DNA from: an uncultured Sutterella sp.
Lineage (GTDB): Bacteria; Pseudomonadota; Gammaproteobacteria; Burkholderiales; Burkholderiaceae_F
Length of the DNA: 64,000 nucleotides
Direction of reading: 5' to 3'
NCBI GenBank assembly: GCA_949282745.1
Contig: CASDQM010000042.1
Coordinates: 322-64,321 of the forward strand
This document shows positions 47,055 through 56,193 of the stretch, one piece after another (within the stretch, counting starts at the first letter, position 1; each line of letters begins with the position of its first letter). The position numbers and the translations under genes were made by a program. The notes under the pieces are model-generated. The model had not been told where the DNA came from. It saw nothing but the letters and a program-made list of their open reading frames with translations, and did no database searches.

Positions 47055-49361
47055 TCAGGACTTGCGGTTGGACGGAATGCGAAGCTTCTCGCGGGCGCTC
47101 AAAAGCCGTCCCGAGACGACGCGCGTCATGAGGAGATAGATGAGAAGCGCCGCGCACGCGAGGAAGACGAGCGTGATCCCGAAGAGCACGAAGGGCTTGT
47201 CGAGAAGCTGATTCCAGATGCGCTGATGCCAGGGCAGGTCGCCCACGACGTAGGTTTCGGCCGGCCGGAAGTTGACGCTTCCCTTGCGGGAGAGGAAGCT
47301 CACCGCTCCCTCGACGTCGTAGAAGCTTCCCGCGGCGCCGAGCTTGTCCTGAAGGAGCGCCGTGCCGGCGCCCGGCTGCGAGAGGAGCGCCACGACCGTG
47401 CGGCCCCGGGTCACGGGGGACTCGAAACTCACGAGCGCCGCCTGACGGTCGCTCTCGATAAGGTCGGCCCGCACGCGGATCGCCCGTTCTTTGCGAAGCG
47501 CCGGACCGTCCTCGGGCGCGAGCCCGCGGCGGATTTCCTCGGCAAAGGGCGTCCCTTCGGGCAGATCTCCGCCCGAAGTGAGGTTTCCGACCACGAGGAC
47601 GTCGCGGTCGGCAAGCGCCTCGGGCGCGGGATCGGTCGACACCGTCACGAGCACGCCCGCGGTTCCCGTCTGCGAGCCGATGCGCGCGACGGCGGAAAGC
47701 ATCGTGCCCACATCCTCGGCGTCGGGATTCTTCGGGAGCACCACCGTCGTTTGCGCGAGGTCCGCGAAGCGTGAATACGGGTAGCCTGCATGCGTGAAGA
47801 GCCGCAGATTCGGAAGTTCCGCGTAGTGGTAGAACCCGCGGAAGTCGAGCGTGCTCGAAGGATCGATTTCCACCTGGTTTTCCGTGAGCGACACCGAGGG
47901 GCATTTCCCGGGAAGCGAACTGTCCGTCACCGTAACGTCGTACTGAAAGTCGAATTCGAGCGTGTTGTTCGAATCGAGGTAGACGCTCGGCAGATTGAGG
48001 GCGCGCAGCCAGCTCGCCATCGCGTCGAGCGCCGCAACGCGGCGCACAACGGGGGCACTGACCGATTCGTCGGACTCCAGCACTTCGTAGCCCATGAGCG
48101 CTTCGTTGATGCGCACGCGCACGCTCGCTGTCGCGTTTTCGCCCGGGGGCGTGTAGCGGTAGCTGAGCTCCATCGGAATGCCGGTTCTCGGCAGAACGAA
48201 GAGGTCGGGCGCAAGACGGAAGTGAACCGTGATCGGGGCGGGGAAGGCGCCGCGCGAACGAAGCTGCGACTTGTGATCGACGAGTTCGTCAAAGCGCACC
48301 TTGCGGTCCGTCGGCAGCCACTTGCGGGCGTCGTAGGCGGGGCGCGGCGTGAGGCGCGGGGATTCCGTCACGAGAACGCGCGGGCCCGCGAAGCGGTCGC
48401 CTTCGAGCGCGAGCGCCTGCGCGGCCGCAACGAGCTCTTCATCGTTGCGCCCGGCGATGACGAGAACCTTGGCCCAGTCCGAGTGGGGCGCGTTGGCGAT
48501 GCGCACCTCCGGTCCGGTGATTTCGGGCGTGCCCCGCAGAAAGTCGGGGAGCGTTTCCGGCGTCGCAAAGACGACGAAGTGTCCCTCGGCGGGCGCCTCT
48601 CCGAAGTACGCCGGCAGGGAGAGATCACGCCAGTCGGCCGTTTTGCCGGCCCACGAGGCGATGACCGCGGCCGCCTGCAGTTCCTTGTCGGAGGGGTGCG
48701 CGGAGAGGAGCACGGGGAGCGTGATGCGGCTTCGCGCGCCCGGATCGATGAAGGGGGAGGGAAGAAGCTGCAGCTCGTTGGCGACGCGGATCTTCTGCTT
48801 GTGGAGCGTAAGGGAACTCTCCCGATCGATTTCGAGCCAGAGCGACGCGTCGGCGGGGGACTCGCAGTTGTGCTCGTAGGAGCCGACGAACTCAAATTCG
48901 AGTTCGTTCATGTCCTTGAGGCGCTTGGGATTGAGTTCGACGGTCGTCACCACGGTCTTCCCGATCTCTTCGGTCGTGATCGGGAGACTCCGCTCGAGTT
49001 CGCCGTTGAGCCGCAGATTGAGCTGTGACTTCACCGGAAGGAGCACGGGCGAAGACGTCCACTTGAAGGTGACGGAAGCCTTCGTCGCGAGTTCGTCGCG
49101 GGCGATGACGAAGGGAAGACGCCACTTGGCGTTGAGTCCGGTCATGCGGATCGCGGTGTTCTCGGGCACGGGCTTCAGGGCGGCAAAGCGCTCCGTCTCG
49201 ATGCGCGTCTCGAGTGCTCCGTCGTCTGCGTGCGAGACAAGGAGCGCCTCGGCAAACGGGCGCAGATCCTCCGCGGACGTCTCCTGAGCGGAGGCGTCCG
49301 GGAGGGTCAGAACGAAACTCAGGCCCAGAAGACTGAGGGCGAAGAGGTGTCTGGTCGTCAT
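47055..49361 (-). CDS. bcsB: Cellulose synthase co-catalytic subunit BcsB (start re-called at MTTRHL)
   Basis: WTSSPVLLPVKSQL, ANELQLLPSPF, LPNLRLFTHAGYPYSRFADLAQT, YVVGDLPW and a C-terminal TM. Confidence 0.95.
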   Translation of the reverse strand: MTTRHLFALSLLGLSFVLTLPDASAQETSAEDLRPFAEALLVSHADDGALETRIETERFAALKPVPENTAIRMTGLNAKWRLPFVIARDELATKASVTFKWTSSPVLLPVKSQLNLRLNGELERSLPITTEEIGKTVVTTVELNPKRLKDMNELEFEFVGSYEHNCESPADASLWLEIDRESSLTLHKQKIRVANELQLLPSPFIDPGARSRITLPVLLSAHPSDKELQAAAVIASWAGKTADWRDLSLPAYFGEAPAEGHFVVFATPETLPDFLRGTPEITGPEVRIANAPHSDWAKVLVIAGRNDEELVAAAQALALEGDRFAGPRVLVTESPRLTPRPAYDARKWLPTDRKVRFDELVDHKSQLRSRGAFPAPITVHFRLAPDLFVLPRTGIPMELSYRYTPPGENATASVRVRINEALMGYEVLESDESVSAPVVRRVAALDAMASWLRALNLPSVYLDSNNTLEFDFQYDVTVTDSSLPGKCPSVSLTENQVEIDPSSTLDFRGFYHYAELPNLRLFTHAGYPYSRFADLAQTTVVLPKNPDAEDVGTMLSAVARIGSQTGTAGVLVTVSTDPAPEALADRDVLVVGNLTSGGDLPEGTPFAEEIRRGLAPEDGPALRKERAIRVRADLIESDRQAALVSFESPVTRGRTVVALLSQPGAGTALLQDKLGAAGSFYDVEGAVSFLSRKGSVNFRPAETYVVGDLPWHQRIWNQLLDKPFVLFGITLVFLACAALLIYLLMTRVVSGRLLSAREKLRIPSNRKS

Positions 49362-49421
49362 TTTCAACACAATCAAAGTTTTCTTGTCGTTTTCGTTGCC
49401 GGCCTTCAGGCCGTTCGCAAA

Positions 49422-51992
49422 TCAGAATTCACGTCGTCGGGGGCGTCTCGGGATAAAGTCCGAAACCCAGCGCAGGAAGCGCTGAACGTCCACCAGTCCG
49501 ATGGCGGCCCAGGAGGGCGCGAGGCTGACGATCGATCGGATGCCGAGTCCCGCAAAGGCGAGGATCGCCCGCAGGGCTTCTCCAATTCCAACGCCCGGCT
49601 TGTGCAGTGCGTCGTCCCACAGGTGGTCCCGGCAGAAGGTCGCGGCGATGAAGCGCTTCTCTTCGGCAAGGCTTCGGAAGGTGAGTTCGATCCCGACCCC
49701 GCGTGCGTTGGCTCGGCGGACGATGCCCCGGAATTCGCACGGGACGCCTTCGTCCTCCAGAACGAGCGAAACGGCTTCGGAGGCGCGTAGAAGTCCCGCC
49801 GCTTCGGCGGGCATTTCGAGATTCACGCCCGTCTGCGAAAAGTCCCGCAGGGTCGCGTGCCAGACGGTTCCGTCGTCGCGGCGAAGCGACGCGCGGCGGC
49901 GCGTCGTCACGCGGTGAAAGCGCCGTTCCTGCACGGTCTCGACAGCCACGGCGACGGCCGCGGAGAGGATCACCATGTTGTAGAGGAGCCATACGGCGTT
50001 GACGAGAATCGTCGCGCCGTCGAGGCCGCTCGAAATGAACGCGCGTCCGAGGAGCCACAGGAGTCCCGCGACGTTGAGGGCGAGAAGCACCAGATAGGGG
50101 CGCGCGATGTGCCAGTCGAGGTGGTCGGAGTCGACCTGACCGCCCTTGGTCGTCACGTTGAACTTGCCTACGTGGGGCGCAAAAAGTGCGACCGTTGTCG
50201 GAATCGCGATGTACCAGGAGAGCACCGTGTCGTAGATTTCACCCATCAGAGGGAAGCGAAGTCCCCGTTGCGCGAACTCGTTCGAGAGATTGAGATGCAC
50301 GAGGTGCGGCACGACGAAGGCGAGAATCGCCAGTCCCGGCGCCTGAATGACGTTCGCGTCGAAGAAGACGAAGGGAAGCGGCGCGATGAGGAAGATGATC
50401 CTCGGAATGCCGAGGAGGAAGTAGAACATCCCGCTGAAGAAGCACAGCCGCTGTCCGAGCGAAAGGCCGCGCCCGAAAAGCGGATTGTCGAGACGGAAGA
50501 TCTGAATCATCCCGCGCGCCCAACGGATGCGCTGCCCGATGTGCGAGGCGAGCGTCTCGGTCGAAAGGCCCGCGGCAAGCGGCGTTGAAATGAAGGCCGA
50601 ACGCCATCCCCGTCGGTAGAGCCGAAGCGACGTATGGGCGTCTTCGGTGACGGTTTCGGTGGCGATTCCCCCGATTTCGTCGAGCGCCTCGCGGCGGATG
50701 ACGGTGCAGGAGCCGCAAAAGAGCGTCGCGTTCCAGGTGTCGTTGCCGCGCTGAATGAAGACGTGAAAGAGGGCGTCCTCCTGCGGTACGGCGTCCGTGA
50801 GACGGAGGTTGCGCTGATAGGGCGCGGGCGAATAGAAGTGATGCGGCGTCTGCACGAGCGCGATCTTTCGGTCGTGGAGCATCCAGCCCATGGTGTTGGT
50901 GAGGAAGGACCGCACCGGAATGTGGTCGCAGTCGAAGATCACGACGAATTCGCCGTGAATCTTGCCGAGCGCGTGATTGATGTTCCCCGCCTTGGCGCCC
51001 TTGTGTTCTTCTCGACGGATGTAGCCCACGCCCGCCTCTCGGGCGAAGGCCTGAAAGTCGTCGCGGTCGCCGTCGTCGAGAATCCAGACGTGCAGCTTTT
51101 CTTTGGGCCAGTCCATCGACAGCACCCCGAGGATCGTGGTGCGCACGAGTTCGAGAGGCTCGTTGTAGCTCGGAATGCAGACGTCGACGTGCGGCCACAG
51201 GGAGCGGTCTTCGGGAAGGGGGTAGGGCTTGCGGTCGAGCACCCAGAAGGTCTGGAAGTAACTGAGCGCCATCAGGACGAAGGTGTAGATCTCCGCCGTC
51301 ATGAGAAGCGCCGAAAAGACGTGTCCCTGAATCGAATCGAAATTGACCGTCTCGGTGAGGCGCCACCAGAGGTAGCGCGACGAGACGACGAGCGAGAGAA
51401 GGACGAGAAGCAGTACCGTGAGCCGAATGCGCACGAGCCGAAGCACGAGCGCAAGAGCGAAGGTGCAGGCGGAGAAGAGTACCTGGAAACGGGGGTCAAG
51501 ATGCTGCGTCACGCAGAGCGCGAAAAGGACGACCACGACGGCCCCGAGCAGCGCGAGAAGGATCGCGCGCATCGGACCGACGGGCTGCGGCTCGAGCTCG
51601 GCGAAGCGTTTGGCCTCGCGACGGTCCCAGGCCTTGAGCGAGACCGTCGCCCGGTACAGGAACCGAGCGGGCAGTGAGCGTTTTTTCTCCCGAACGGGCG
51701 TCGCGCGGGATGAAGAAGCGCCGCTGAAAAAGAGGAGAAAGAAGCTTTGGATCAGAATCCGCAGGCCGTCGAGCGGGCGGGTGCGGGCGGGATCGACGTT
51801 CGAGTAGAAGTCCGAAAAGCGGGCGCGCAGGGTTCGCCAGTTCGCGTTTTCCAAAGGCAAAAAGAGCCACGCCGCCGCCAGGAGGGCGCCGTTCACGATG
51901 GAGGAAACAAGCGACGTGGACTTTTCGAGGAGCTGCGCGCCTTCCCAATCCACGCCGCGGAAGAACCGCAGCAGGACGGTTTTGATCAGCAT
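49422..51992 (-). CDS. bcsA: Cellulose synthase catalytic subunit BcsA (GT2 + PilZ) with an enterobacterial-type N-terminal domain
   Basis: LDDG, KAGNIN, FDCDH, QTPH, TEDAH, QRIRWARG, gating loop FNVTTKG, PilZ RRFHR and DFSQTG. N-terminus FLPLENANW...RPLDGLR. Confidence 0.98.
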   Translation of the reverse strand: MLIKTVLLRFFRGVDWEGAQLLEKSTSLVSSIVNGALLAAAWLFLPLENANWRTLRARFSDFYSNVDPARTRPLDGLRILIQSFFLLFFSGASSSRATPVREKKRSLPARFLYRATVSLKAWDRREAKRFAELEPQPVGPMRAILLALLGAVVVVLFALCVTQHLDPRFQVLFSACTFALALVLRLVRIRLTVLLLVLLSLVVSSRYLWWRLTETVNFDSIQGHVFSALLMTAEIYTFVLMALSYFQTFWVLDRKPYPLPEDRSLWPHVDVCIPSYNEPLELVRTTILGVLSMDWPKEKLHVWILDDGDRDDFQAFAREAGVGYIRREEHKGAKAGNINHALGKIHGEFVVIFDCDHIPVRSFLTNTMGWMLHDRKIALVQTPHHFYSPAPYQRNLRLTDAVPQEDALFHVFIQRGNDTWNATLFCGSCTVIRREALDEIGGIATETVTEDAHTSLRLYRRGWRSAFISTPLAAGLSTETLASHIGQRIRWARGMIQIFRLDNPLFGRGLSLGQRLCFFSGMFYFLLGIPRIIFLIAPLPFVFFDANVIQAPGLAILAFVVPHLVHLNLSNEFAQRGLRFPLMGEIYDTVLSWYIAIPTTVALFAPHVGKFNVTTKGGQVDSDHLDWHIARPYLVLLALNVAGLLWLLGRAFISSGLDGATILVNAVWLLYNMVILSAAVAVAVETVQERRFHRVTTRRRASLRRDDGTVWHATLRDFSQTGVNLEMPAEAAGLLRASEAVSLVLEDEGVPCEFRGIVRRANARGVGIELTFRSLAEEKRFIAATFCRDHLWDDALHKPGVGIGEALRAILAFAGLGIRSIVSLAPSWAAIGLVDVQRFLRWVSDFIPRRPRRREF

Positions 51993-52936
51993 CGGGCTTC
52001 CTCACGAAGTCGGGCGGCGCGAAGGATCAGCCAGGTGGAAAGCGCGGCGATCGCCTGGGCGCTTTCGGAAAAGCGGGCGAGCTGCGTCACGGGTCCGCGC
52101 TGCAGGGCGGACCGGGCGGCGAACTCGTCGAGAGGAATGTTCTGCGGCGCAATGCGGGCGGCAAGTCCCGGCGTCGCGCGCAGGAACTGCATCACGTCAG
52201 TGTGACTTTGCAGGGAGCTCAGCGCCTTGTTGAAGAGAACCACCTCGTTGTGGGCGATGGAGTCTTCAGACAACTTCATCGCCGTGTGGGTGTCGGGTTC
52301 CGCCACGGTGACGACGATGTCCGCCGCGTTGCGCCAACGGCGCGCCGCGTCTCCGTCGGCATGACCGAGGTCGACGACGACGTGCGTGAAGCCCGAGCCG
52401 CAGAGAGCGGCAGGGTCGAACTTGGAGGGAGGGTGCTCGGAATTTCCGTTCCCGTTTTCGTGGATGTCGAGCGCAAGAAAGAGCGGATCCGAATAACGCC
52501 AGAACGTGTCGCGAAACGCATCTTCGGAGGTGGGCGGCGCCGGCAGATTGAAGAGGGCGCAAAAGCCCGAACAATTGCATTGCGGCGCAACGGCGAGCAC
52601 GCGGCTGTCGCGGCGGGAACTTAATTGCCAGGCGGCTGCCGAGGCGACGGTCGAGCTTCCCGCGCCTTCGCGAAGGCTCTGGAAAACAAGTACGATCGGG
52701 CGTTTTTCAACGGAGAGAGGCTTTGCGGAGTGTCCGGCAGTAACGGCGTTTTCGGACGCAGGAGCGCCTCTCCCGCTCAGAAAGGCGAGAAGACCGTATT
52801 GCCGGACAAGCGTCTCCCGCCGGGCTGCATCCCGTGCCGGAATCGAAGACGGGGAAATTGTTGCGGGCGTGCAGGAACGAAGTCGCGAGGCGACAGAATC
52901 ATTCGACGTCATGCTCTCAGGTTCAGCGTTCGACAA
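51986..52936 (-). CDS. bcsQ: BcsQ (MinD/ParA-like) with a ~70-aa N-terminal extension resembling BcsR (putative BcsR-BcsQ fusion); start may be TTG 52936 or ATG 52912
   Basis: VFQSLREGAGSSTVASAAAWQL (deviant Walker A), VVVDL, LFNK, IPLDE and SESAQAIAALSTWL. Overlaps the bcsA start. Confidence 0.85.
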   Translation of the reverse strand: MSNAEPESMTSNDSVASRLRSCTPATISPSSIPARDAARRETLVRQYGLLAFLSGRGAPASENAVTAGHSAKPLSVEKRPIVLVFQSLREGAGSSTVASAAAWQLSSRRDSRVLAVAPQCNCSGFCALFNLPAPPTSEDAFRDTFWRYSDPLFLALDIHENGNGNSEHPPSKFDPAALCGSGFTHVVVDLGHADGDAARRWRNAADIVVTVAEPDTHTAMKLSEDSIAHNEVVLFNKALSSLQSHTDVMQFLRATPGLAARIAPQNIPLDEFAARSALQRGPVTQLARFSESAQAIAALSTWLILRAARLREEARC

Positions 52937-53608
52937 TCAAAGGAAAGGGTGGGTGTGGGGATGCAGTATCGGGAATTATTATTCCATTTTCTTGGAGAAA
53001 AAAGGAATGCGGATAAGCAAAAAGATCCTTACTTGCTGAATGCGTAAGGTGTATTAAGGGTAAACCCGAAGGACAGCATTGATAACACAGAAGCAAGAGT
53101 TGGCGCAAGCGGGCAAGAGGAAAAAGTTTGCCCTCGATTTTCAGGGTTATTGCATCCCTTCTTAAGAGCCGCAGAGAAAAACGAAGAAAAAGAGGGAGAC
53201 GGGACATTGTGAATCCGAGATCCGGTCTTGATCGAATTTCGCCGTTGCGGGTACAGGACCGTTCTGTCCGGGGAACGATGACCAACAGACGAGAACGGCG
53301 GAACAGGAAAAGCCGAGTCCCCGTGAATGTTCATGATTTCAAGATCGGACCGGGAAATGAGAAGTACGACACTTCGTATCGACTGCGCAACTGGGGGAGT
53401 ACGTGCTGTTGGAAACTCTTCTCTTCTCTGTCAGTGTTTCTGAAACCGATACTGAATTCACTCTTCGCGGCTCTTTTCGCCGTCCGTAAGGAGGGGCTGT
53501 CGTTTCACATACTTATGGTTAACCCTTACGTGTTTTGCGGCCTTCGCGAACGCGCCGCCGCCTTCAGCCCGGTGCCACCCCCTCCTCTCTTTCGGAGACC
53601 ACTACGCA

Positions 53609-53977
53609 ATGATGAATCAACCGTTGGAACACACTTTTCACCGTCGCCTGCCCTCCCGCATTCTTTCCCGTGAAATTCGCGAGCAGGCTCTCGAACTCTT
53701 CGAGCAGGGACTCGGTCACAAGACAGTGGCAAAGCGTCTGGCGATTTCACCGCACACGACGCGCGACTGGGGCCGAGCCTTCCGCGAAAACCGCTTTTAC
53801 CCGGCCGTCTCGACGCATCTCTACTGTTATGACGACGATGCCAAATCGACCGTCTGGAGCCTGGCGCTCCAAGGTTTCACCATCAGTGAAATCTCAAAAA
53901 AGACGAACATCAGCCGCAGCACCTGCTACGCCTGGATTCGGGCCCGCCGCGCCAAGACCGCCGGCCGCGCGAGTTGA
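53609..53977 (+). CDS. Small tandem helix-turn-helix protein (IS3 OrfA-like fold), possible regulator
   Basis: Two HTH units, ALELFEQGLGHKTVAKRLAISPHTTRDW and LALQGFTISEISKKTNISRSTCYAW. No integrase ORF follows. Confidence 0.75.
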   Translation: MMNQPLEHTFHRRLPSRILSREIREQALELFEQGLGHKTVAKRLAISPHTTRDWGRAFRENRFYPAVSTHLYCYDDDAKSTVWSLALQGFTISEISKKTNISRSTCYAWIRARRAKTAGRAS

Positions 53978-54293
53978 ACCGTTCGTCCATCCGGATCTTC
54001 TGCTGAAAGTCCAATGCTCACAACTGCTTTCAGACAATCATTCCTGATCTGAAAGTTGGAGTGGGCTCCGGTCAATTCTACGGACAATCGACATTTCTTA
54101 GGCAGTCGAGGGTTGTCTTATTGCGAGAAAACCCTTGTCTTGCTCAGACCTTTTGCGATTGTTTTTTTTTATTGATCGTATATGATTGATCGGCTTCTAC
54201 TAATGAACGTAAACGTCCCGACTTCGTCGGTTATAGAGGCCAATCGGCCTACTGCCGACGGCGTTTCTTCAAATTTATCCATTAGGAATTTTC

Positions 54294-55814
54294 ATGAAAG
54301 TGATCGTACAGGCCGGCGGCCTTGGAACGCGGATGCAAAACATGACCGCGACCAAGCCCAAGGCACTCATTGACGTGCGCAACAAGCCGATTCTCTTCCA
54401 CCTTTTCGACGCGTTCCCTGAAGCGGATTTCGTTGTTGTCGGTGACTATCGATACGAAGTTCTCGACCGTTATTTGACGACCTTCGCTCAGGATCGGCGA
54501 TGCATTCTCGTGAAAGCCGAAGGGAAGGGCAACGCTGCGGGACTCTCTGAAGCGGTCTCCTATGTCGGGGCCGACGAACCCTTCATCATCGTCTGGTCCG
54601 ACCTCATTCTCCCTGAAGGTTTCCGTCTGCCGGAAGCTTTTGAAGGATGTCTGGTGGGCACGGTTCCCTTCCGTTGCTCCTGGAGTTTTTCCGACGGCGC
54701 GTTGCGCAAGGAAGCTTCGGATCAACACGGCGTGGCAGGCTTTTACGCTTTTTCCGACAAGTCGTTCTGTGAAACCCTCCCTTCTGAGGGTTCTTTCACC
54801 ACTTGGCTTTCGATGCAGAACTTTCCCATGGCCGAACTGCCGCTCGTCGGATGTCAGGACGTCGGCACGCTCGAAGCGTACCTGCACCTGGAAAACTCGA
54901 AGTACCGTTGCCGGCCGTACAACCGCATCGAAGTTCTCGAGGAGTCGGTTGTAAAAACCGGTCTGACGAAGGAAGCGCAGGGCTACATTGCCCGCGAAGT
55001 GGATTGGTACAAAGCCGTGCGGGGTTACGGATTTGGTGATGTTCCGCAACTGTTGGAAGAGAACCCGCTGCGTCTGGAGCGCATTCGGGGACAAAATCTG
55101 TTCCTTTGTTCCCTCAACCCCGAGGGAAAGCAGGCGGCTCTTCACCGCATGACTGATGCGCTCGCCCGCCTGCATTCCTACGAAAAGCGTCCGTCCGACA
55201 GCGGGGATCTTTATCGGGAGTATTTCGAAAAGACGCTGACTCGTCTTCGCATGGTGGCCGACGTGGTTCCGTTCGGACATGACCGGACCATTCGCATCAA
55301 CGGCAAAGAATGCCTCAATGTGCTCGCAAACGTGGAGGTCTTCCGACGTGCCGTGCTCGACACCCTGATGCAGACGCATTGCACGCTTTTCCACGGAGAC
55401 TGTCAGCTCACGAACACCCTTGTCAACGAGGAGGGGCGGGTCTTTTTCATCGATCCCCGCGGTTACTTCGGCAAAAGCAAGGTGTTCGGCGATCCCCGCT
55501 ACGACTGGGCCAAAGTGTTTTATGCCGTTAGCGGCAACTTTGACCAGTTCAACGTCAAGAACTTCCGTTTTCACCAGAGCGAAGACGGCGTGGAGTTTCA
55601 GATTGCTTCGGGCGGTTGGGAATTCCTCGCCGACGAACTCTTTCAACGTATTCCGGCGGGAGAAGGCACGCGAAAGGAAATCGAGCTCATTCACGCGATC
55701 GTTTGGATGTCCATGGCGTCCCATGTTTGGGAGGACTACGACTCCATGTGCGTCGCCTTTATGAACGGAATCGCTCTTTTCAACCGCTGGTTGGAGGATT
55801 GGCATGCCGCGTGA
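54294..55814 (+). CDS. Nucleotidyltransferase fused to an APH/choline-kinase-like phosphotransferase
   Basis: N-terminal QAGGLGTRM...KPKAL and WSDL. C-terminal FHGDCQLTN, IDPRG and GDPRYDWAK. Confidence 0.88.
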   Translation: MKVIVQAGGLGTRMQNMTATKPKALIDVRNKPILFHLFDAFPEADFVVVGDYRYEVLDRYLTTFAQDRRCILVKAEGKGNAAGLSEAVSYVGADEPFIIVWSDLILPEGFRLPEAFEGCLVGTVPFRCSWSFSDGALRKEASDQHGVAGFYAFSDKSFCETLPSEGSFTTWLSMQNFPMAELPLVGCQDVGTLEAYLHLENSKYRCRPYNRIEVLEESVVKTGLTKEAQGYIAREVDWYKAVRGYGFGDVPQLLEENPLRLERIRGQNLFLCSLNPEGKQAALHRMTDALARLHSYEKRPSDSGDLYREYFEKTLTRLRMVADVVPFGHDRTIRINGKECLNVLANVEVFRRAVLDTLMQTHCTLFHGDCQLTNTLVNEEGRVFFIDPRGYFGKSKVFGDPRYDWAKVFYAVSGNFDQFNVKNFRFHQSEDGVEFQIASGGWEFLADELFQRIPAGEGTRKEIELIHAIVWMSMASHVWEDYDSMCVAFMNGIALFNRWLEDWHAA

Positions 55815-56181
55815 TCTGCGTCTCTCGCCCCTGAAGCACTCCTGGGTGCTTGATTTTGACGGAACGCTCGTCAAACACAACGGTTACAAGACGGGAGAAG
55901 ACGAATGGCTGCCCGGGGCCGTTGAGTTTCTCCGTTCCATTCCGGAAGGCGATCTCGTCATTCTGCTTACGGCCCGTGAAGAGGGTGCACGCGAGCGCAC
56001 TCTCGAATTTATCAGGGACGCAGGCGTCCGTATTGATCACGTGTTCTTCGAAGTCCCCATGGGAGAACGAATTCTGATCAACGACACCAAGCCGTCCGGC
56101 TTGGTCTGTGCACACGCCGTCACTCCTTCACGCAATCAAGGGCTCGAAAACCTAAACATCGTCATCGACGAAAACCTTTAA
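55804..56181 (+). CDS. Minimal (capless) HAD-superfamily phosphatase
   Basis: Motif I DFDGT, motif II LLTAR and INDT. Overlaps the upstream gene. Confidence 0.8.
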   Translation: MPRDLRLSPLKHSWVLDFDGTLVKHNGYKTGEDEWLPGAVEFLRSIPEGDLVILLTAREEGARERTLEFIRDAGVRIDHVFFEVPMGERILINDTKPSGLVCAHAVTPSRNQGLENLNIVIDENL

Positions 56182-56193
56182 GAAAAAAAAATC

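Noticed and set aside
53495-53542. Possible c-di-GMP-I (GEMM) riboswitch upstream of bcs (minus strand: GCAAAAC...GGGTTAA...TATG...ACAGCC)
   Set aside because: Only scattered motif fragments are present. The GNRA-capped P2 stem and correct spacing are missing. An Infernal search with RF01051 would settle it.
53128-53673. 181-aa ORF in the bcs upstream region
   Set aside because: It has no motifs or clear RBS, lies in AT-rich promoter-like DNA and overlaps the HTH gene out of frame.
53609-53977. IS3-family insertion sequence
   Set aside because: No OrfB/DDE domain, frameshift signal, terminal inverted repeats or target duplication are visible.
54171-54192. FNR box candidate (ATTGATCG twice)
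   Set aside because: The TTGAT half-sites are direct repeats, not the TTGAT-N4-ATCAA palindrome.
54249-54256. ops/JUMPstart-like GGCAGTAG before the glycan locus
   Set aside because: It has one mismatch to GGCGGTAG and lies on the wrong strand for the plus-strand operon.
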